Part shown: in pieces, positions 9,376 to 19,835 of the stretch
How positions within the stretch are numbered: position 1 is the stretch's first letter
Layout: every line of letters starts with the position of its first letter
NCBI GenBank assembly: GCA_031414775.1
Contig: JANOQI010000016.1
Span: 192,001-256,000, forward strand
Source: Synechococcales cyanobacterium VAR_4_metabat_354
Lineage (GTDB): Bacteria; Cyanobacteriota; Cyanobacteriia; Cyanobacteriales; Chamaesiphonaceae
DNA length: 64,000 bases
Reading direction: 5' to 3'
Position numbers and translations under genes: made by a program
The notes under the pieces: model-generated
Told to the model about the DNA's origin: nothing
The model's input: only the letters and a program-made list of their open reading frames with translations
Databases searched by the model: none

Positions 9376-9415
9376 AAAGTAAGCCTATCCAACTTTTTGG
9401 ATAAGCTTATTTTTA
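9376..9415 (+). terminator. Intrinsic terminator after precursor gene
   Basis: AAGTAAGCCTATCCAA-CTTT-TTGGATAAGCTTATTT hairpin followed by a T run. Confidence 0.65.
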
Positions 9416-9542
9416 TGAGCGATAAGAAAATTGTGAAGCTCAAAACTTTAAGATTTCTTAAAAAAATTAGTTAACTTTGAATGTAATTTCTACTAAAATT
9501 GGCAGGAGTACCGATCAGGGTTTATGGTGAAAAATTCAGGTA

Positions 9543-10283
9543 TCACAGGCCGTAACTGAAATCCAGATGCTCTCGCTGGTGCTCAATTTGCTGTTGTAGC
9601 CAACCTTGAAACAGATCCCACATAATTTGTTCGCGGATAGACGGGCTTAATTGTGGTGGCACAATTTCTGTAACCAGAATTAAGTGACTATTTTTAGTGA
9701 CCCTGATCGGCGGTAATAGTTGGGGCGGTTGGGTCGCAAATACCACCGCCGAAATTTCTGGTGGCATCTGGCGACGTTTTACCAAGCCCCGATAGCCCCC
9801 CTTTTGCTGCTGCACACCTGTCGAATAATCATGAGCCACTTCCCCAAAGCTCATATCGCCTTCTTGAATCGCATAAAATAGCTCGATCGCCAGATTGTAA
9901 TCATTGACCACTACCTCTGAAATTATAGCTCCCCCATAATCCAAAATATGCTGATGAAAAAATGGCTCAACTTTGTCAGCAAACATTTGCTGGGCAACTC
10001 TGTGGGTTAGGAGATTAGTGACCACTAGCTGCTCAAAATCATCCATTGAAAGTGTTCGATCTGCTAACCATTTTTCAGTAGCGGCAATCGTGTCTAACTT
10101 ATTAGCTTCTCGGAACTGATCAGCACCAACTTGTAATTCAGCGTCAGTAATCTCGATCCCTAGACGCTGGGCATGGTCTTCTAAAATTCTCTGTTGAAGA
10201 ATGCCAGTAATCAGCTCCGGAACCTTACCAGTAATTTTGATTTGATGCAGTAAGTCGAGACTAGTGATTTTGATAGTAGGCAT
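9543..10283 (-). CDS. Parvulin/PpiC-type peptidylprolyl isomerase-like protein associated with T1SS
   Basis: SFGEVAHDYS...KGGYRG rotamase-like segment and ITDAELQ...D.FR N-terminal region. Last gene of the exporter operon. Confidence 0.8.
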   Translation of the reverse strand: MPTIKITSLDLLHQIKITGKVPELITGILQQRILEDHAQRLGIEITDAELQVGADQFREANKLDTIAATEKWLADRTLSMDDFEQLVVTNLLTHRVAQQMFADKVEPFFHQHILDYGGAIISEVVVNDYNLAIELFYAIQEGDMSFGEVAHDYSTGVQQQKGGYRGLVKRRQMPPEISAVVFATQPPQLLPPIRVTKNSHLILVTEIVPPQLSPSIREQIMWDLFQGWLQQQIEHQREHLDFSYGL

Positions 10284-10327
10284 AAGGCTGGATTCAACAA
10301 GTATTGAGGCTACATCAATAGCATCAA

Positions 10328-12505
10328 TTAGTTAGACTTTAGTTTCGTAAAAGGTGCCGTAATCAAGTCGATAATCCGGCGTTTGCGGATAATAATTTCG
10401 GCAGTGGCCGGTTGCCCAGACTTAAATGGTAGACACTCACCCCGGTACTTAATGCACGACTGTGCCAACGCCACCCGCACTTCGTAGTTAACCACATTCC
10501 CCAATGGTGAAGCAACCAACTTAGAATTAGGTGAAATCCAAATCAGCTTGCCATTGACAATCCCATAGCTCTCAAAAGGGAATTCCTCAAACTTCAACTT
10601 CACATTTTTGTTAGTAGTTGTACGCAACGATTCACTTTGGGAGGCCGGAATATCACCCTTGAAGATCAAGTCCATTGCTTGATTCGTCTGAGGTGCAATT
10701 TCGGCAATTAGTTGCTTTGGCTGCACTACCGAACCCTCCCGCGTAATCGGCAGTTCAAAAATTCGGCCATCCACATCAGCCCGAATTGTATATTTGGCCA
10801 GCTGCCGATTGAGAGTTGTGCTCAGATTTTTCGATTGTTCAATGTCGGTACGTAGCATCGTCACTTGGGATTGGACTTCTTTTAGTTGTTGTTCGCTTTT
10901 GCCCACAGCTAATTTACCGCCCTGCACCAAGCTTTGCAGACTCCGTTGTTGTTCTACCAACCGCAATTGGGCTTGGGTAATATCCGATCGCAACTGACCG
11001 ACCGTCCGCTGATAAGTACCCTGTTGCTCGGTTAAGCGCAGCTTAGACTGCTGGACATCGGCTTGCACTTGCTGAACTAACTTACTGTAACTATCTTGCT
11101 GCTCGCGGTAGCGGAGCTTGGCTTGCTGTAAGTTAGCCTCGGCTTGCAGTTTGGCTTGATTACGCTCTTTGGCTAGGCTCTCGATTTCCCGGCTTTTCAC
11201 CTCCGAAATCGCCCCGGACTTATAAAGCTGATTAAAACGACGCGCTTCGGCCTGGGCATCACGCAGCCGATTAACTGCTACCTGATAGGCCGCAGTACTA
11301 TCCATAATCGTTCGCTGAGCTTGGTTGATTTGGGTAATCTTCTCTTGCTTTTGCAGGTTGAGTCCACCCCGGCGATCTTGAACGGTTTGTTCTGCTTGGT
11401 TTAGTTGTGCTTTTTTCTCACCATCTTGAGTGTTGTAGCTATTCCTCAGATTAGTAAGATTTTGTTCAGCCTGAGCAATTTGGGCTTGTTTTTCGAGAAG
11501 CTGGGCTTGGTTCTGTTGCTGCTGAGTACTGATCGCGATCGATAGCTGGTTGTTCATGAGCAGGAGCTGATTCAAGCGCTGCTGCTGGCCTTCTAGCTTG
11601 ACCTGATTTTGCTGCACCTGATCCCGAATATTTTTGGCATCTAGCTCCATCAGCACCTGGCCTTTTTTGACAGCATCCCCTTTTTTGACAAGCACCTTTG
11701 TAACCGTTACACTGCCATCCACATCGGCCTCCCGCTTAATCGTATCCCCAATCACTTCTAATCTTCCTTTGGCGGTACCAATTTCATCCATCTGAAAGAA
11801 ACTCGCCCACGGAATAAAAACTCCCACAAACGCCAGCAGAAAATAAAATAGACCTCTTGTCCAAGGCAACGGCACCCCATCAATAACTTCTTTGGCCGCA
11901 GTTGACCAATCAGTCAACTGCGTCAGGCCGGTTGGAACTAAACCAAAGCTAGTTTCGGAATTGAACACAGCCAAATCTTGGGAAGGAGTCGGTGCTAAAT
12001 CCTGGGAAGAAGTTGGTGCTAAATCCTCACTGGGATGTGCTTCGACTGGGATAATTAGCTCGCTGGCGGTGGGTTCTTGAAATGCTAAATTGTCGGAACC
12101 GACTAAGGCTTTCTCTAATAAACCTGGGCCAAATTGAGTATACCCAAGTTGTACAGATCGAATAATTTCCACAATGATGGAGTTGATATTGTGTTTGGTA
12201 ACATAGCCACTTACCCCACTTTGTAAAGATTTTTGGACATACTCAGCATCATCGTAACTACTAATAATAATTACTTTGGTATCTGGAAAGTCGTGATGAA
12301 TTAACTTGGATACTTCCAGTCCGTTCATACCGGGCATTTCAATATCCAGCAGCACAATATCTGGCAAAAATATTTGCACCTGCTCCAGAGCACTAAAGCC
12401 ATCCGATGCGGTGCCAATTACCCGAAAATCCGGTTGTTGAGTTAAAATTGCTTGCAGATTTGCCCGCACCATTACTTGGTCATCTACAATCAGAATTTCA
12501 ATCAT
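10328..12505 (-). CDS. HlyD-family membrane fusion protein with N-terminal receiver (REC) domain
   Basis: N-terminal ILIVDD...LLDIEMPGMNG...GYVTK, then a TM helix, VKKGDAVKKGQVL lipoyl-like motif, long Gln-rich coiled coil and FPFESYG. Confidence 0.9.
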   Translation of the reverse strand: MIEILIVDDQVMVRANLQAILTQQPDFRVIGTASDGFSALEQVQIFLPDIVLLDIEMPGMNGLEVSKLIHHDFPDTKVIIISSYDDAEYVQKSLQSGVSGYVTKHNINSIIVEIIRSVQLGYTQFGPGLLEKALVGSDNLAFQEPTASELIIPVEAHPSEDLAPTSSQDLAPTPSQDLAVFNSETSFGLVPTGLTQLTDWSTAAKEVIDGVPLPWTRGLFYFLLAFVGVFIPWASFFQMDEIGTAKGRLEVIGDTIKREADVDGSVTVTKVLVKKGDAVKKGQVLMELDAKNIRDQVQQNQVKLEGQQQRLNQLLLMNNQLSIAISTQQQQNQAQLLEKQAQIAQAEQNLTNLRNSYNTQDGEKKAQLNQAEQTVQDRRGGLNLQKQEKITQINQAQRTIMDSTAAYQVAVNRLRDAQAEARRFNQLYKSGAISEVKSREIESLAKERNQAKLQAEANLQQAKLRYREQQDSYSKLVQQVQADVQQSKLRLTEQQGTYQRTVGQLRSDITQAQLRLVEQQRSLQSLVQGGKLAVGKSEQQLKEVQSQVTMLRTDIEQSKNLSTTLNRQLAKYTIRADVDGRIFELPITREGSVVQPKQLIAEIAPQTNQAMDLIFKGDIPASQSESLRTTTNKNVKLKFEEFPFESYGIVNGKLIWISPNSKLVASPLGNVVNYEVRVALAQSCIKYRGECLPFKSGQPATAEIIIRKRRIIDLITAPFTKLKSN
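11970..12031. repeat. 24-bp in-frame tandem repeat (about 2.5 copies) in the REC-HlyD linker
   Basis: gccaaatcttgggaaggagtcggt / gctaaatcctgggaagaagttggt / gctaaatcctcact, encoding SEDLAPTSSQDLAPTPSQDLA. Confidence 0.85.
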
Positions 12506-12507
12506 AG

Positions 12508-15279
12508 TTATTCGCCGATAATTGTCATTTGCTGTTCATTCAGGTGAAAATATTGACCCCGCCTCGCCATCAGCTCTCGATGATTACCGCTTTCAATCAA
12601 AATCCCTTGGTCTAAGACCAAAATTAAGTCAGCATTTCGCACTGTTGATAACCGATGGGCAATAATTAGGGTACTGCGTCCTTGGCAGATGTTTTCTAAG
12701 TTTTTCTGAATAATTCGCTCCGATTCGGTATCCAAACTGCTGGTCGCTTCATCAAAAACCAACAGTCTGGGATTGCCCAATAATGCCCTGGCAATCGCTA
12801 GCCGTTGTCGCTGTCCACCGGATAACATGCCACCGCCTTCCCCAATTTGGGTCTCATAGCCCATCGGCATCTTCCGAATAAATTCATCGGCACCAGCCAG
12901 TAGCGCCGCCTGTTTCACTTCTTTGAGGTTGGTACGGGCATGACCCAGGGAAATATTGTCCAGGATGCTACCGCTGAACAAAAAAGTGTTTTGATCAACC
13001 ACGCCAATTTGCGATCGGAGAGAATGGAGAGCAATATTAGATAGTTCTCTGCCGTCGATTAAAATTTTACCAGTAGTAGGCGAATAGAGTCCTAGCAACA
13101 GTTTAGAGATGGTGGTTTTGCCAGAACCACTGCGTCCCACCAAGGCCACCGTCTGGCCAGGTTTAATCTCAAAGCTGAGATTTTCTAAGGTATTATTTTC
13201 GGTGTGCGGATTGTAGCGAAAAGTCACTCGATCGAACACTACCTGACCGCGCAGTTTGCCGATCCGCTGGCGATTATCGTTGTGGAGATTTTCTTCCGGG
13301 GGAGACTCAATCACATCACAAATCCGTTCGATCGCGATCGTTACTTCCTGAAATTGATTCCATAAACCCGCCAACCGCTTGAAAGGACTAATCACATTCG
13401 CAGAGAGCATATTAAAAGCAAACATTTGACCAATACTAAACTCACCACTGATTACCAAGGTCGCCCCTAACCACAGTAACGCTACACCGCTGAAGGACTC
13501 TAATGCCGAACTAGCAGCTTGCAGCTTAATTCCAAACATCTTGCTGCGATATTGCTGCTTCACTTCTTGGTTGAGTAGCTCTTCCCACCGCCAGCGCACA
13601 CTCTTTTCCACAGACATGGATTTGACAGTGCGTACTCCGGTTAGGGCTTCAATCAAATAGCTATTCTCTTCGGCAGTGGCCGTAAATACTTCGCGCGAGA
13701 TTTTTTTCAGAAAAGGGGTGGCGGCCACATTCAAAATCAAGAAGGACGGAATCGTTACCAGTACCAAGAGTGCTAATTTCCAGCTATAGACAAACATCAG
13801 CGATACATAAACAAATACCGACATGATGTCCAGAATCAAACCCAAGGTTTCACCAGTAATAAAACTGCGAATCTTGTGATTTTCTTGCATCCGCGAGGTG
13901 ATATCGCCCACCTGCCTGGTGTCAAAATAATTGAGTGGCAGACTAAAAGCATGACGGATAAAGCCAACAATCATGGCTGTATCGATACGGATGGCCGTGA
14001 TATAAATCAAGTATTGGCGGAGACCTCCCATCATGATTTGAAAGATCGCCATGATGAGTAGTCCGATCGAGAAAGTCGTAAGGCTGTCAGCAGATTTATG
14101 AATGATGGCGCGATCTAAGATGAGCTGGGTAAAAATTGGGGAAATTAAACCAAAAAGTTGCAGAACGATCGAAGCAACGAAAATCTCACTAATCACCACC
14201 CGGTGGGGTTTAACTAGTTCTAGCAACTGCCAAAAAGTATCAGACTCTTCCTCCGTATTTTTCGAGAGCGCTACTGTCGGTTCTAGCAGTAGGCAATAGC
14301 CCGTCCAATCTTTAATAAATTCTGCCGCAGTCAACCGCCTTTGACCCACTGCCGGATCGCCGACAATCACGCCTTTCTTATTGATTTCATAGATCACTAA
14401 GTAATGGTTGCCACGCCAGTGAGCGATCGCTGGCAGTTTTTGTTGAGACAATTGATCGAGACTGGCTTTAACTGGCCGACTATTAAAGCCCAAGCTCTCC
14501 GCCGCCGTAGCCAAAGTTTTTAGGGAAGAGCCATCGCGGCTAATTACGGCCATCTCCCGCACCCGGTTGATTTTAAAAACCTTGCCCCAGTAACGGCCAA
14601 TCATCACGATACAAGCCGCTCCACAGTCTGCCGCACTCTGCTGAGCATAGAAGGGGTAGCTGGCCATGGTGCGCTGCCACCACTGCCCCAGTTGCTGTAC
14701 TGGCGAAGGAAAATAGATTTGGGATGTCTTCAGTCGAGAATCCTGATGATTACCTCTGGTATTGGTGAAGCTACCAAGCGTCATGGGCATCACGAATCGA
14801 TCGGCTGTTACCGGCGGAACGCTGATCTGGGAAATGTTGGTGACCGAGGCGATTTCTACCGGCTGGAGTGGACTTTGGGCTTGAGCCAGCAAATGAGACT
14901 GGATGTTGGGCAACTTCTGCCACAGCGTTTGCAGGGTCTCGGCAGTTAGCCGCGCGACGATCGCCTGAGTTTGTCCCTTGACCAGCGCTGCTTTGGCTAC
15001 ATAGACCAAACCGTCATTAGCAAATAGAGTGCTAGATCCAAAAGTATTATTTGCTTTGATAACAGCTAGTTTTTCACCGGCTTCGCTAAAGAGACGGATT
15101 TTGCCAGCTAAGACTAAATGTAGACCAGCCGGACTATTCTGAGAATGCCAAAACACTTGACCTGGTTCTACTCTAACCAACTCTACTCGCTGATTCAGCC
15201 ACTCCCAGTCAGGAGGAGTCAAGTATTCACCAAGCACGGCTTGCCATTGTTCAGCCGAAATAGTGGAAGAATTAACCAT
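12508..15279 (-). CDS. Peptidase-containing ABC transporter (cNMP-binding-like domain + C39 peptidase + TMD + NBD)
   Basis: QQSAADCGAAC (catalytic Cys), AHWRGNHY, GRSGSGKT, LSGGQRQR and DEATS motifs. N-terminal GLHLVLAGKIRL is CAP-like. Confidence 0.93.
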   Translation of the reverse strand: MVNSSTISAEQWQAVLGEYLTPPDWEWLNQRVELVRVEPGQVFWHSQNSPAGLHLVLAGKIRLFSEAGEKLAVIKANNTFGSSTLFANDGLVYVAKAALVKGQTQAIVARLTAETLQTLWQKLPNIQSHLLAQAQSPLQPVEIASVTNISQISVPPVTADRFVMPMTLGSFTNTRGNHQDSRLKTSQIYFPSPVQQLGQWWQRTMASYPFYAQQSAADCGAACIVMIGRYWGKVFKINRVREMAVISRDGSSLKTLATAAESLGFNSRPVKASLDQLSQQKLPAIAHWRGNHYLVIYEINKKGVIVGDPAVGQRRLTAAEFIKDWTGYCLLLEPTVALSKNTEEESDTFWQLLELVKPHRVVISEIFVASIVLQLFGLISPIFTQLILDRAIIHKSADSLTTFSIGLLIMAIFQIMMGGLRQYLIYITAIRIDTAMIVGFIRHAFSLPLNYFDTRQVGDITSRMQENHKIRSFITGETLGLILDIMSVFVYVSLMFVYSWKLALLVLVTIPSFLILNVAATPFLKKISREVFTATAEENSYLIEALTGVRTVKSMSVEKSVRWRWEELLNQEVKQQYRSKMFGIKLQAASSALESFSGVALLWLGATLVISGEFSIGQMFAFNMLSANVISPFKRLAGLWNQFQEVTIAIERICDVIESPPEENLHNDNRQRIGKLRGQVVFDRVTFRYNPHTENNTLENLSFEIKPGQTVALVGRSGSGKTTISKLLLGLYSPTTGKILIDGRELSNIALHSLRSQIGVVDQNTFLFSGSILDNISLGHARTNLKEVKQAALLAGADEFIRKMPMGYETQIGEGGGMLSGGQRQRLAIARALLGNPRLLVFDEATSSLDTESERIIQKNLENICQGRSTLIIAHRLSTVRNADLILVLDQGILIESGNHRELMARRGQYFHLNEQQMTIIGE

Positions 15280-15422
15280 TTGATTTTGCCGTTGTAGCTA
15301 GTAAGCAGTTTACCGTACTAAAACTACTGATCCACTAGGTAATATGGCTTAACCGCAGCTAGACATAGTTCACCAGCATGGCTCATAATTACTTCCATTA
15401 ATTTGCGAGTAGCGTGTGTTTT

Positions 15423-16772
15423 ATGTGGCGATCGATCTTGATCCGAAAAAAATATTGGCAATTTGCCGCAGTTATGCTGCTAGCAACTGCTTGCGCGATC
15501 AGTACAGTCACTTGGTGGCCACAGGCTACAGTGGCTCAAACCCAACCTAATTTTTGTCCGAAGGGCATAGGACTGCGGCCAAGGTCAGTAGCAGCCACTG
15601 CCAACTTACCGGTAGTAGAAGTAACAAAAGAACTAGGTATAGCCAGAACCGGTCCCCATGATGACTGCGAACGAGTAACACCCCTGCCACGCGGTACCCG
15701 TGCTCGGGTCACCAGCCGCGCGACTGGACCTGATCGCTACAAAAAAGTCGTGCCCTGGTCACAGTTGGATTATGGAGCCTGGATTGAGTCCTCGGAGTTG
15801 AATGCCATCTCCGGCTCGGCATCTATTCAGTCGCGCTTAGAAGCAGTCAGCACCCAAGTCTTGCCCGAAACCACCGAAATTTCTTTTCCGTTGTCTAGCC
15901 CGACTCCGATCGAGATTCAACAAGGCGATCGAACTCTTAGCCTAACTTTCCACAACACGGCGGCAGCCATTAAACAGTTGACTGATGCAGGCAAACAGCA
16001 AAACTGGAAACCCAGCCAAAACGTGGCCTTCAGCAATCCGGTGGTAGCTCAAGCCAGTTGGCGGCAAATTACCCCCAATAAGGTCAAGTTCGACTTCCAA
16101 CTCAAACCCCGCCAACAATGGGGATATCAGACCCGCTATGCCGGTAACAAGCTGGTCTTATCCTTGCGTCAGCCTCCCAAACTAGCTGGAAACATTCCCC
16201 AACCGCTCAAAGGAATTAAAGTACTGGTCGATCCTGGCCATGGTGCCGTGGACTCTGGCGCTGTTGGTAAAGCTTATGGCAAAACCTATGAAGAAAAGCT
16301 CTTGAACATCAGCTTTTCGCAACTACTTCAGAAAGAACTGCAAAGTAAAGGGGCGATCGTCACCATGACTCGGACTACTGACGTGAATCCATCCCTAGAC
16401 GATCGACACAATATGATCAATCGCACTAGTCCAGCGGTGTCAATTTCTATTCACCATGATGCTTCCACTCCAGGCCGCTCTCGCGGTGCTTCCATTTATT
16501 GGTATCAGCCCCAGTCCAAAAACTTAGCAGCCTCACTTTTAAATACTTTCAACAAAAAAGGAAATCGTCCAATTCTGAATAACAACGGCGTGATCCAAAA
16601 AAGTTTTGCAGTAGTACGTCCTAGTGGCGCACCTTCAGTACTCCTAGAAGTGGGTTTTATGACCGACTCCCAAGAAGTTACCGAACTATCGAAACCAGCT
16701 ACTCAACAGCGGCTGGCTAAAGTGTTAACCGATGGCATTACTCAGTGGGTGGTGAGTCAGGCCGCTACCTAA
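15423..16772 (+). CDS. N-acetylmuramoyl-L-alanine amidase (Amidase_3), exported
   Basis: Signal-like N-terminus, VDPGHG, YEEK, ISIHHDA and SVLLEVGFM motifs. Confidence 0.88.
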   Translation: MWRSILIRKKYWQFAAVMLLATACAISTVTWWPQATVAQTQPNFCPKGIGLRPRSVAATANLPVVEVTKELGIARTGPHDDCERVTPLPRGTRARVTSRATGPDRYKKVVPWSQLDYGAWIESSELNAISGSASIQSRLEAVSTQVLPETTEISFPLSSPTPIEIQQGDRTLSLTFHNTAAAIKQLTDAGKQQNWKPSQNVAFSNPVVAQASWRQITPNKVKFDFQLKPRQQWGYQTRYAGNKLVLSLRQPPKLAGNIPQPLKGIKVLVDPGHGAVDSGAVGKAYGKTYEEKLLNISFSQLLQKELQSKGAIVTMTRTTDVNPSLDDRHNMINRTSPAVSISIHHDASTPGRSRGASIYWYQPQSKNLAASLLNTFNKKGNRPILNNNGVIQKSFAVVRPSGAPSVLLEVGFMTDSQEVTELSKPATQQRLAKVLTDGITQWVVSQAAT

Positions 16773-16785
16773 AAAATTTAACAAT

Positions 16786-17094
16786 CTAGATAATCCACTC
16801 CGAAGTCCGATCGCCCAGATCCAAGGGAATACTAATTGCCTTGCCCAGTCTGGGCTTTTCTTTGGTTACTGCGATGAAATCTATGACCTGTTGTACGCCA
16901 CCCATGGCATTGAGATGGGCGGCGATCGCATCCAAATGTGCCAAATATTCTTCTTCGGAGAGCGGAAAGGAAACCTGCTCTAAATATCGCCACATTACTT
17001 GCAAATAGACTCTATTAGTCAGTTTGCGTAGCTGGACATCATAAGAATAAGTCCATTTCCCAATAATCAGTTGTCTGAGGTCTGCTCCAGTCAA
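16786..17094 (-). CDS. Conserved cyanobacterial protein (DUF3067-like)
   Basis: KWTYSYDVQL, LQVMWRYLEQVSFPLSE and KPRLGKAISIPL motifs. Divergent from petC. Confidence 0.8.
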   Translation of the reverse strand: MTGADLRQLIIGKWTYSYDVQLRKLTNRVYLQVMWRYLEQVSFPLSEEEYLAHLDAIAAHLNAMGGVQQVIDFIAVTKEKPRLGKAISIPLDLGDRTSEWII

Positions 17095-17218
17095 GTGCTT
17101 TCATCCATGTGCGATTCGGGCAAAATGCGATTTTCGCCGCTGCAAAAAAATGGCATAATAGTTCGATATCCTAGCTATTAGCTTTATACATAATATACAT
17201 TCAACCAAAATCTAAGTT

Positions 17219-17758
17219 ATGGCTCAACTTTCTGCTGGCTCCAACGACGCACCAGATCTTGGTCGCCGCCAATTTATGAATCTATTAACCTGGGGAACTG
17301 TGACCGGTACCGTTTTAGGCGGAGCCTACCCCTTTGTTAGCTATTTTATTCCGCCATCTAGTGGTGCTGCCGGTGGCGGCGCTACGGCCAGAGACGCTAG
17401 CGGCAACGATGTCTTAGTGAGTCAGTTTATTGCTGGCAAACAAAAAGGCGATCGAGCTTTAACCCAAGGTCTCAAAGGCGACCCTACCTACCTAGTCGTG
17501 GGTGAAGGTACCGTTTTAGACTATGGCATCAACGCCATCTGTACTCACCTAGGTTGTGTCGTACCTTGGAACGGTGCTGAAAACAAATTCATGTGTCCTT
17601 GTCATGGTTCTCAATATGATGCTGCTGGCAAAATGGTGCGCGGACCAGCACCAAAATCTTTGCCGTTAGCTCATGCTGCCGTAGTAGATGACAAAGTTTC
17701 CTTTACGCCTTGGACTGAAACTGATTTCCGTTCTGGTGAACCAGCTTGGTGGGCTTAA
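17219..17758 (+). CDS. petC: Cytochrome b6f Rieske iron-sulfur subunit
   Basis: Tat motif RRQFMN and CTHLGC / CPCHGS Rieske boxes. Confidence 0.97.
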   Translation: MAQLSAGSNDAPDLGRRQFMNLLTWGTVTGTVLGGAYPFVSYFIPPSSGAAGGGATARDASGNDVLVSQFIAGKQKGDRALTQGLKGDPTYLVVGEGTVLDYGINAICTHLGCVVPWNGAENKFMCPCHGSQYDAAGKMVRGPAPKSLPLAHAAVVDDKVSFTPWTETDFRSGEPAWWA

Positions 17759-17807
17759 CTCGCCATCATTACAACCTATTTTCTCGGATCTCCTAATATT
17801 TAAAATA

Positions 17808-18764
17808 ATGAATCTAGTTTCTTTTCCCCGGCTGATTGCTAGATCTGCACTAGTTTTTTTAGCCAGTATCAGCTTCTTACTGTTTGCACCGCAGCCAGCA
17901 GAGGCGTATCCCTTTTGGGCGCAGCAAACCTACCCCGAAAGCCCTCGCGAAGCCACTGGTCGGATTGTTTGTGCCAACTGCCATTTGGCAGCTAAGCCCA
18001 CTCAAATAGAAGTACCCCAATCAGTACTACCAGACACTGTGTTTGAAGCGGTAGTGAAACTTCCCTATGATAGAAGCATCCAGCAAGTTACTGCTGATGG
18101 CAGTAAAGGCCCCTTAAATGTGGGTGCGGTACTGATGTTGCCAGAAGGCTTCAAGATTGCTCCTGACGACCGGATTCCACCAGAGATGAAGGAGAAAATC
18201 CAAGGTCTGTCCTATCAGCCCTACGGTGAAGGCAAAGATAACACCGTCATTATTGGCCCATTACCGGGTGATCAATACGAAGAAATTATCTTCCCAGTAC
18301 TGTCTCCCAATCCTAAAACTGATAAAGGTATCTACTTCGGCAAGTACCCTATTCATGTTGGCGGCAACCGTGGCCGTGGTCAGGTTTACCCGACCGGTGA
18401 GAAAAGTAATAACACGGCTTATGCTGCTTCTGTGGCTGGTAACGTCACTGAAATTACGGCTGGTGAAGCTGGTGCTTCCACCATCACGATTCAACCCGCT
18501 AGCGGCGAGGCTGTCGTCGAAAAGATTCCGGCTGGTCCAACTATCCTGGTCGCAGCTGGTGACACTGTAACTGTTGGTCAAGCTCTAACCAATAACCCCA
18601 ATGTTGGCGGATTTGGCCAGCGTGATGCTGAGATTGTATTGCAAAACCCTAACCGGATTTACGGTTTGGTGGCTTTTTTGACCATGATTATGCTTTCTCA
18701 AATCCTCTTGGTGCTGAAGAAAAAGCAAGTCGAAAGAGTTCAGGCCGCAGAATTAGAGTTTTAG
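17808..18764 (+). CDS. petA: Apocytochrome f
   Basis: [31 protein letters not shown] and C-terminal TM + KKKQ. ATG at 17808 is the likely start. Confidence 0.97.
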   Translation: MNLVSFPRLIARSALVFLASISFLLFAPQPAEAYPFWAQQTYPESPREATGRIVCANCHLAAKPTQIEVPQSVLPDTVFEAVVKLPYDRSIQQVTADGSKGPLNVGAVLMLPEGFKIAPDDRIPPEMKEKIQGLSYQPYGEGKDNTVIIGPLPGDQYEEIIFPVLSPNPKTDKGIYFGKYPIHVGGNRGRGQVYPTGEKSNNTAYAASVAGNVTEITAGEAGASTITIQPASGEAVVEKIPAGPTILVAAGDTVTVGQALTNNPNVGGFGQRDAEIVLQNPNRIYGLVAFLTMIMLSQILLVLKKKQVERVQAAELEF

Positions 18765-18788
18765 ATTACTCTTTTTAAAGCCGATCGC

Positions 18789-18816
18789 AGGGGTACCAAG
18801 TTGGTATCCCTTTTTT
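18789..18816 (+). terminator. petCA terminator
   Basis: AGGGGTACCAA-G-TTGGTATCCCT followed by a T run. Confidence 0.75.
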
Positions 18817-19139
18817 GGATCGATCGACAGATAACTTGAAAAGTTTGCTCCAGTACTATTGACAGTCATACTCCCAATGCTATAATCTCTCTCCATTAGA
18901 TAAATACACTTAAAATACTCCAATTATTATTAGCTCCTCAAGATAAATTCAGTATTCCTTCGGAGTGCAAATATCTAGTCTTGGTATTAGATTAAATTAT
19001 CTATCGCTAGCTGCCTGTCACTAAATTCCGTAAATTAACGGATTACTCTTGATTTACTATCTCAAGTCGATCGAGAGCATTAGTAATCGGCGGAATTAAT
19101 ATCTCAACATAATAAAATTTTTAACAGGAGGTGTAGCCG

Positions 19140-19343
19140 ATGATGGCTTCCCCGCACTTAAACAAACTAATCCGATTTTTAACAGAAGATTTATCACTGT
19201 CCACTGCCTCCATGAATGTGGCTCTGAAGCAGATCGAAAGTAACCCTGGTCCATTACCAATGGTTCTATGGCAGTATGGCTTGGTGACGATCGATCAGCT
19301 CAATCAAATTTATGACTGGCTAGATCTAGAAAAAGCATCCTAG
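19140..19343 (+). CDS. Small conserved cyanobacterial protein (DUF2949-like)
   Basis: LPMVLWQYGLVTIDQLNQIYDWL motif and AGGAGG RBS. Confidence 0.85.
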   Translation: MMASPHLNKLIRFLTEDLSLSTASMNVALKQIESNPGPLPMVLWQYGLVTIDQLNQIYDWLDLEKAS

Positions 19344-19493
19344 CTAAAAACTTGTCGGTTCGGTTCTACCCATTAACTAACTTCGGTTCTACGCAATGAC
19401 TAGCTGGATCATTACCTGTTAGATTTTGACTATGTGTTAAGTTAGCGTTCTTATAAAACAAACCGTCGAAATCCAGAAGTAGGGGATAAATCT

Positions 19494-19835
19494 ATGGACA
19501 ACATTACGAACCACCTATCGGAGTTCTTTGAAGGTGATGGACAGGTCGCCACTGAAGAAAATCTGTGGGATTATATCCAGTCAATGAGTCCAGAAACGAT
19601 GCGTCAGTTGTCCCAGCCCGTTTCATCTGAGATATTACAGGTGATGGAACGTAATATCATTGGGATGCTAGGTAGCTTGCCATCAGGCCAGTTTGATGTC
19701 GTCGTAACCACCAGTCGGGAAAATCTTAGCCGCTTGGTGGCCTCCGCGATGATTAATGGCTACTTTCTGCGTAATGCCGAGCAACGTTTGTCCTTAGAAC
19801 AATTCATGGATGTTGCTGACGAGGACGAAATTTAG
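19494..19835 (+). CDS. DUF760-like protein
   Basis: LWDYIQSMSPE, IIGMLGSLP and TTSRENLSRLVASAMINGYFLRNAEQR motifs. Confidence 0.85.
   Translation: MDNITNHLSEFFEGDGQVATEENLWDYIQSMSPETMRQLSQPVSSEILQVMERNIIGMLGSLPSGQFDVVVTTSRENLSRLVASAMINGYFLRNAEQRLSLEQFMDVADEDEI

Noticed and set aside
17688..17807. N-terminal extension of petA in the ORF track
   Set aside because: It overlaps petC. ATG 17808 gives a normal signal peptide before YPFWAQQ.
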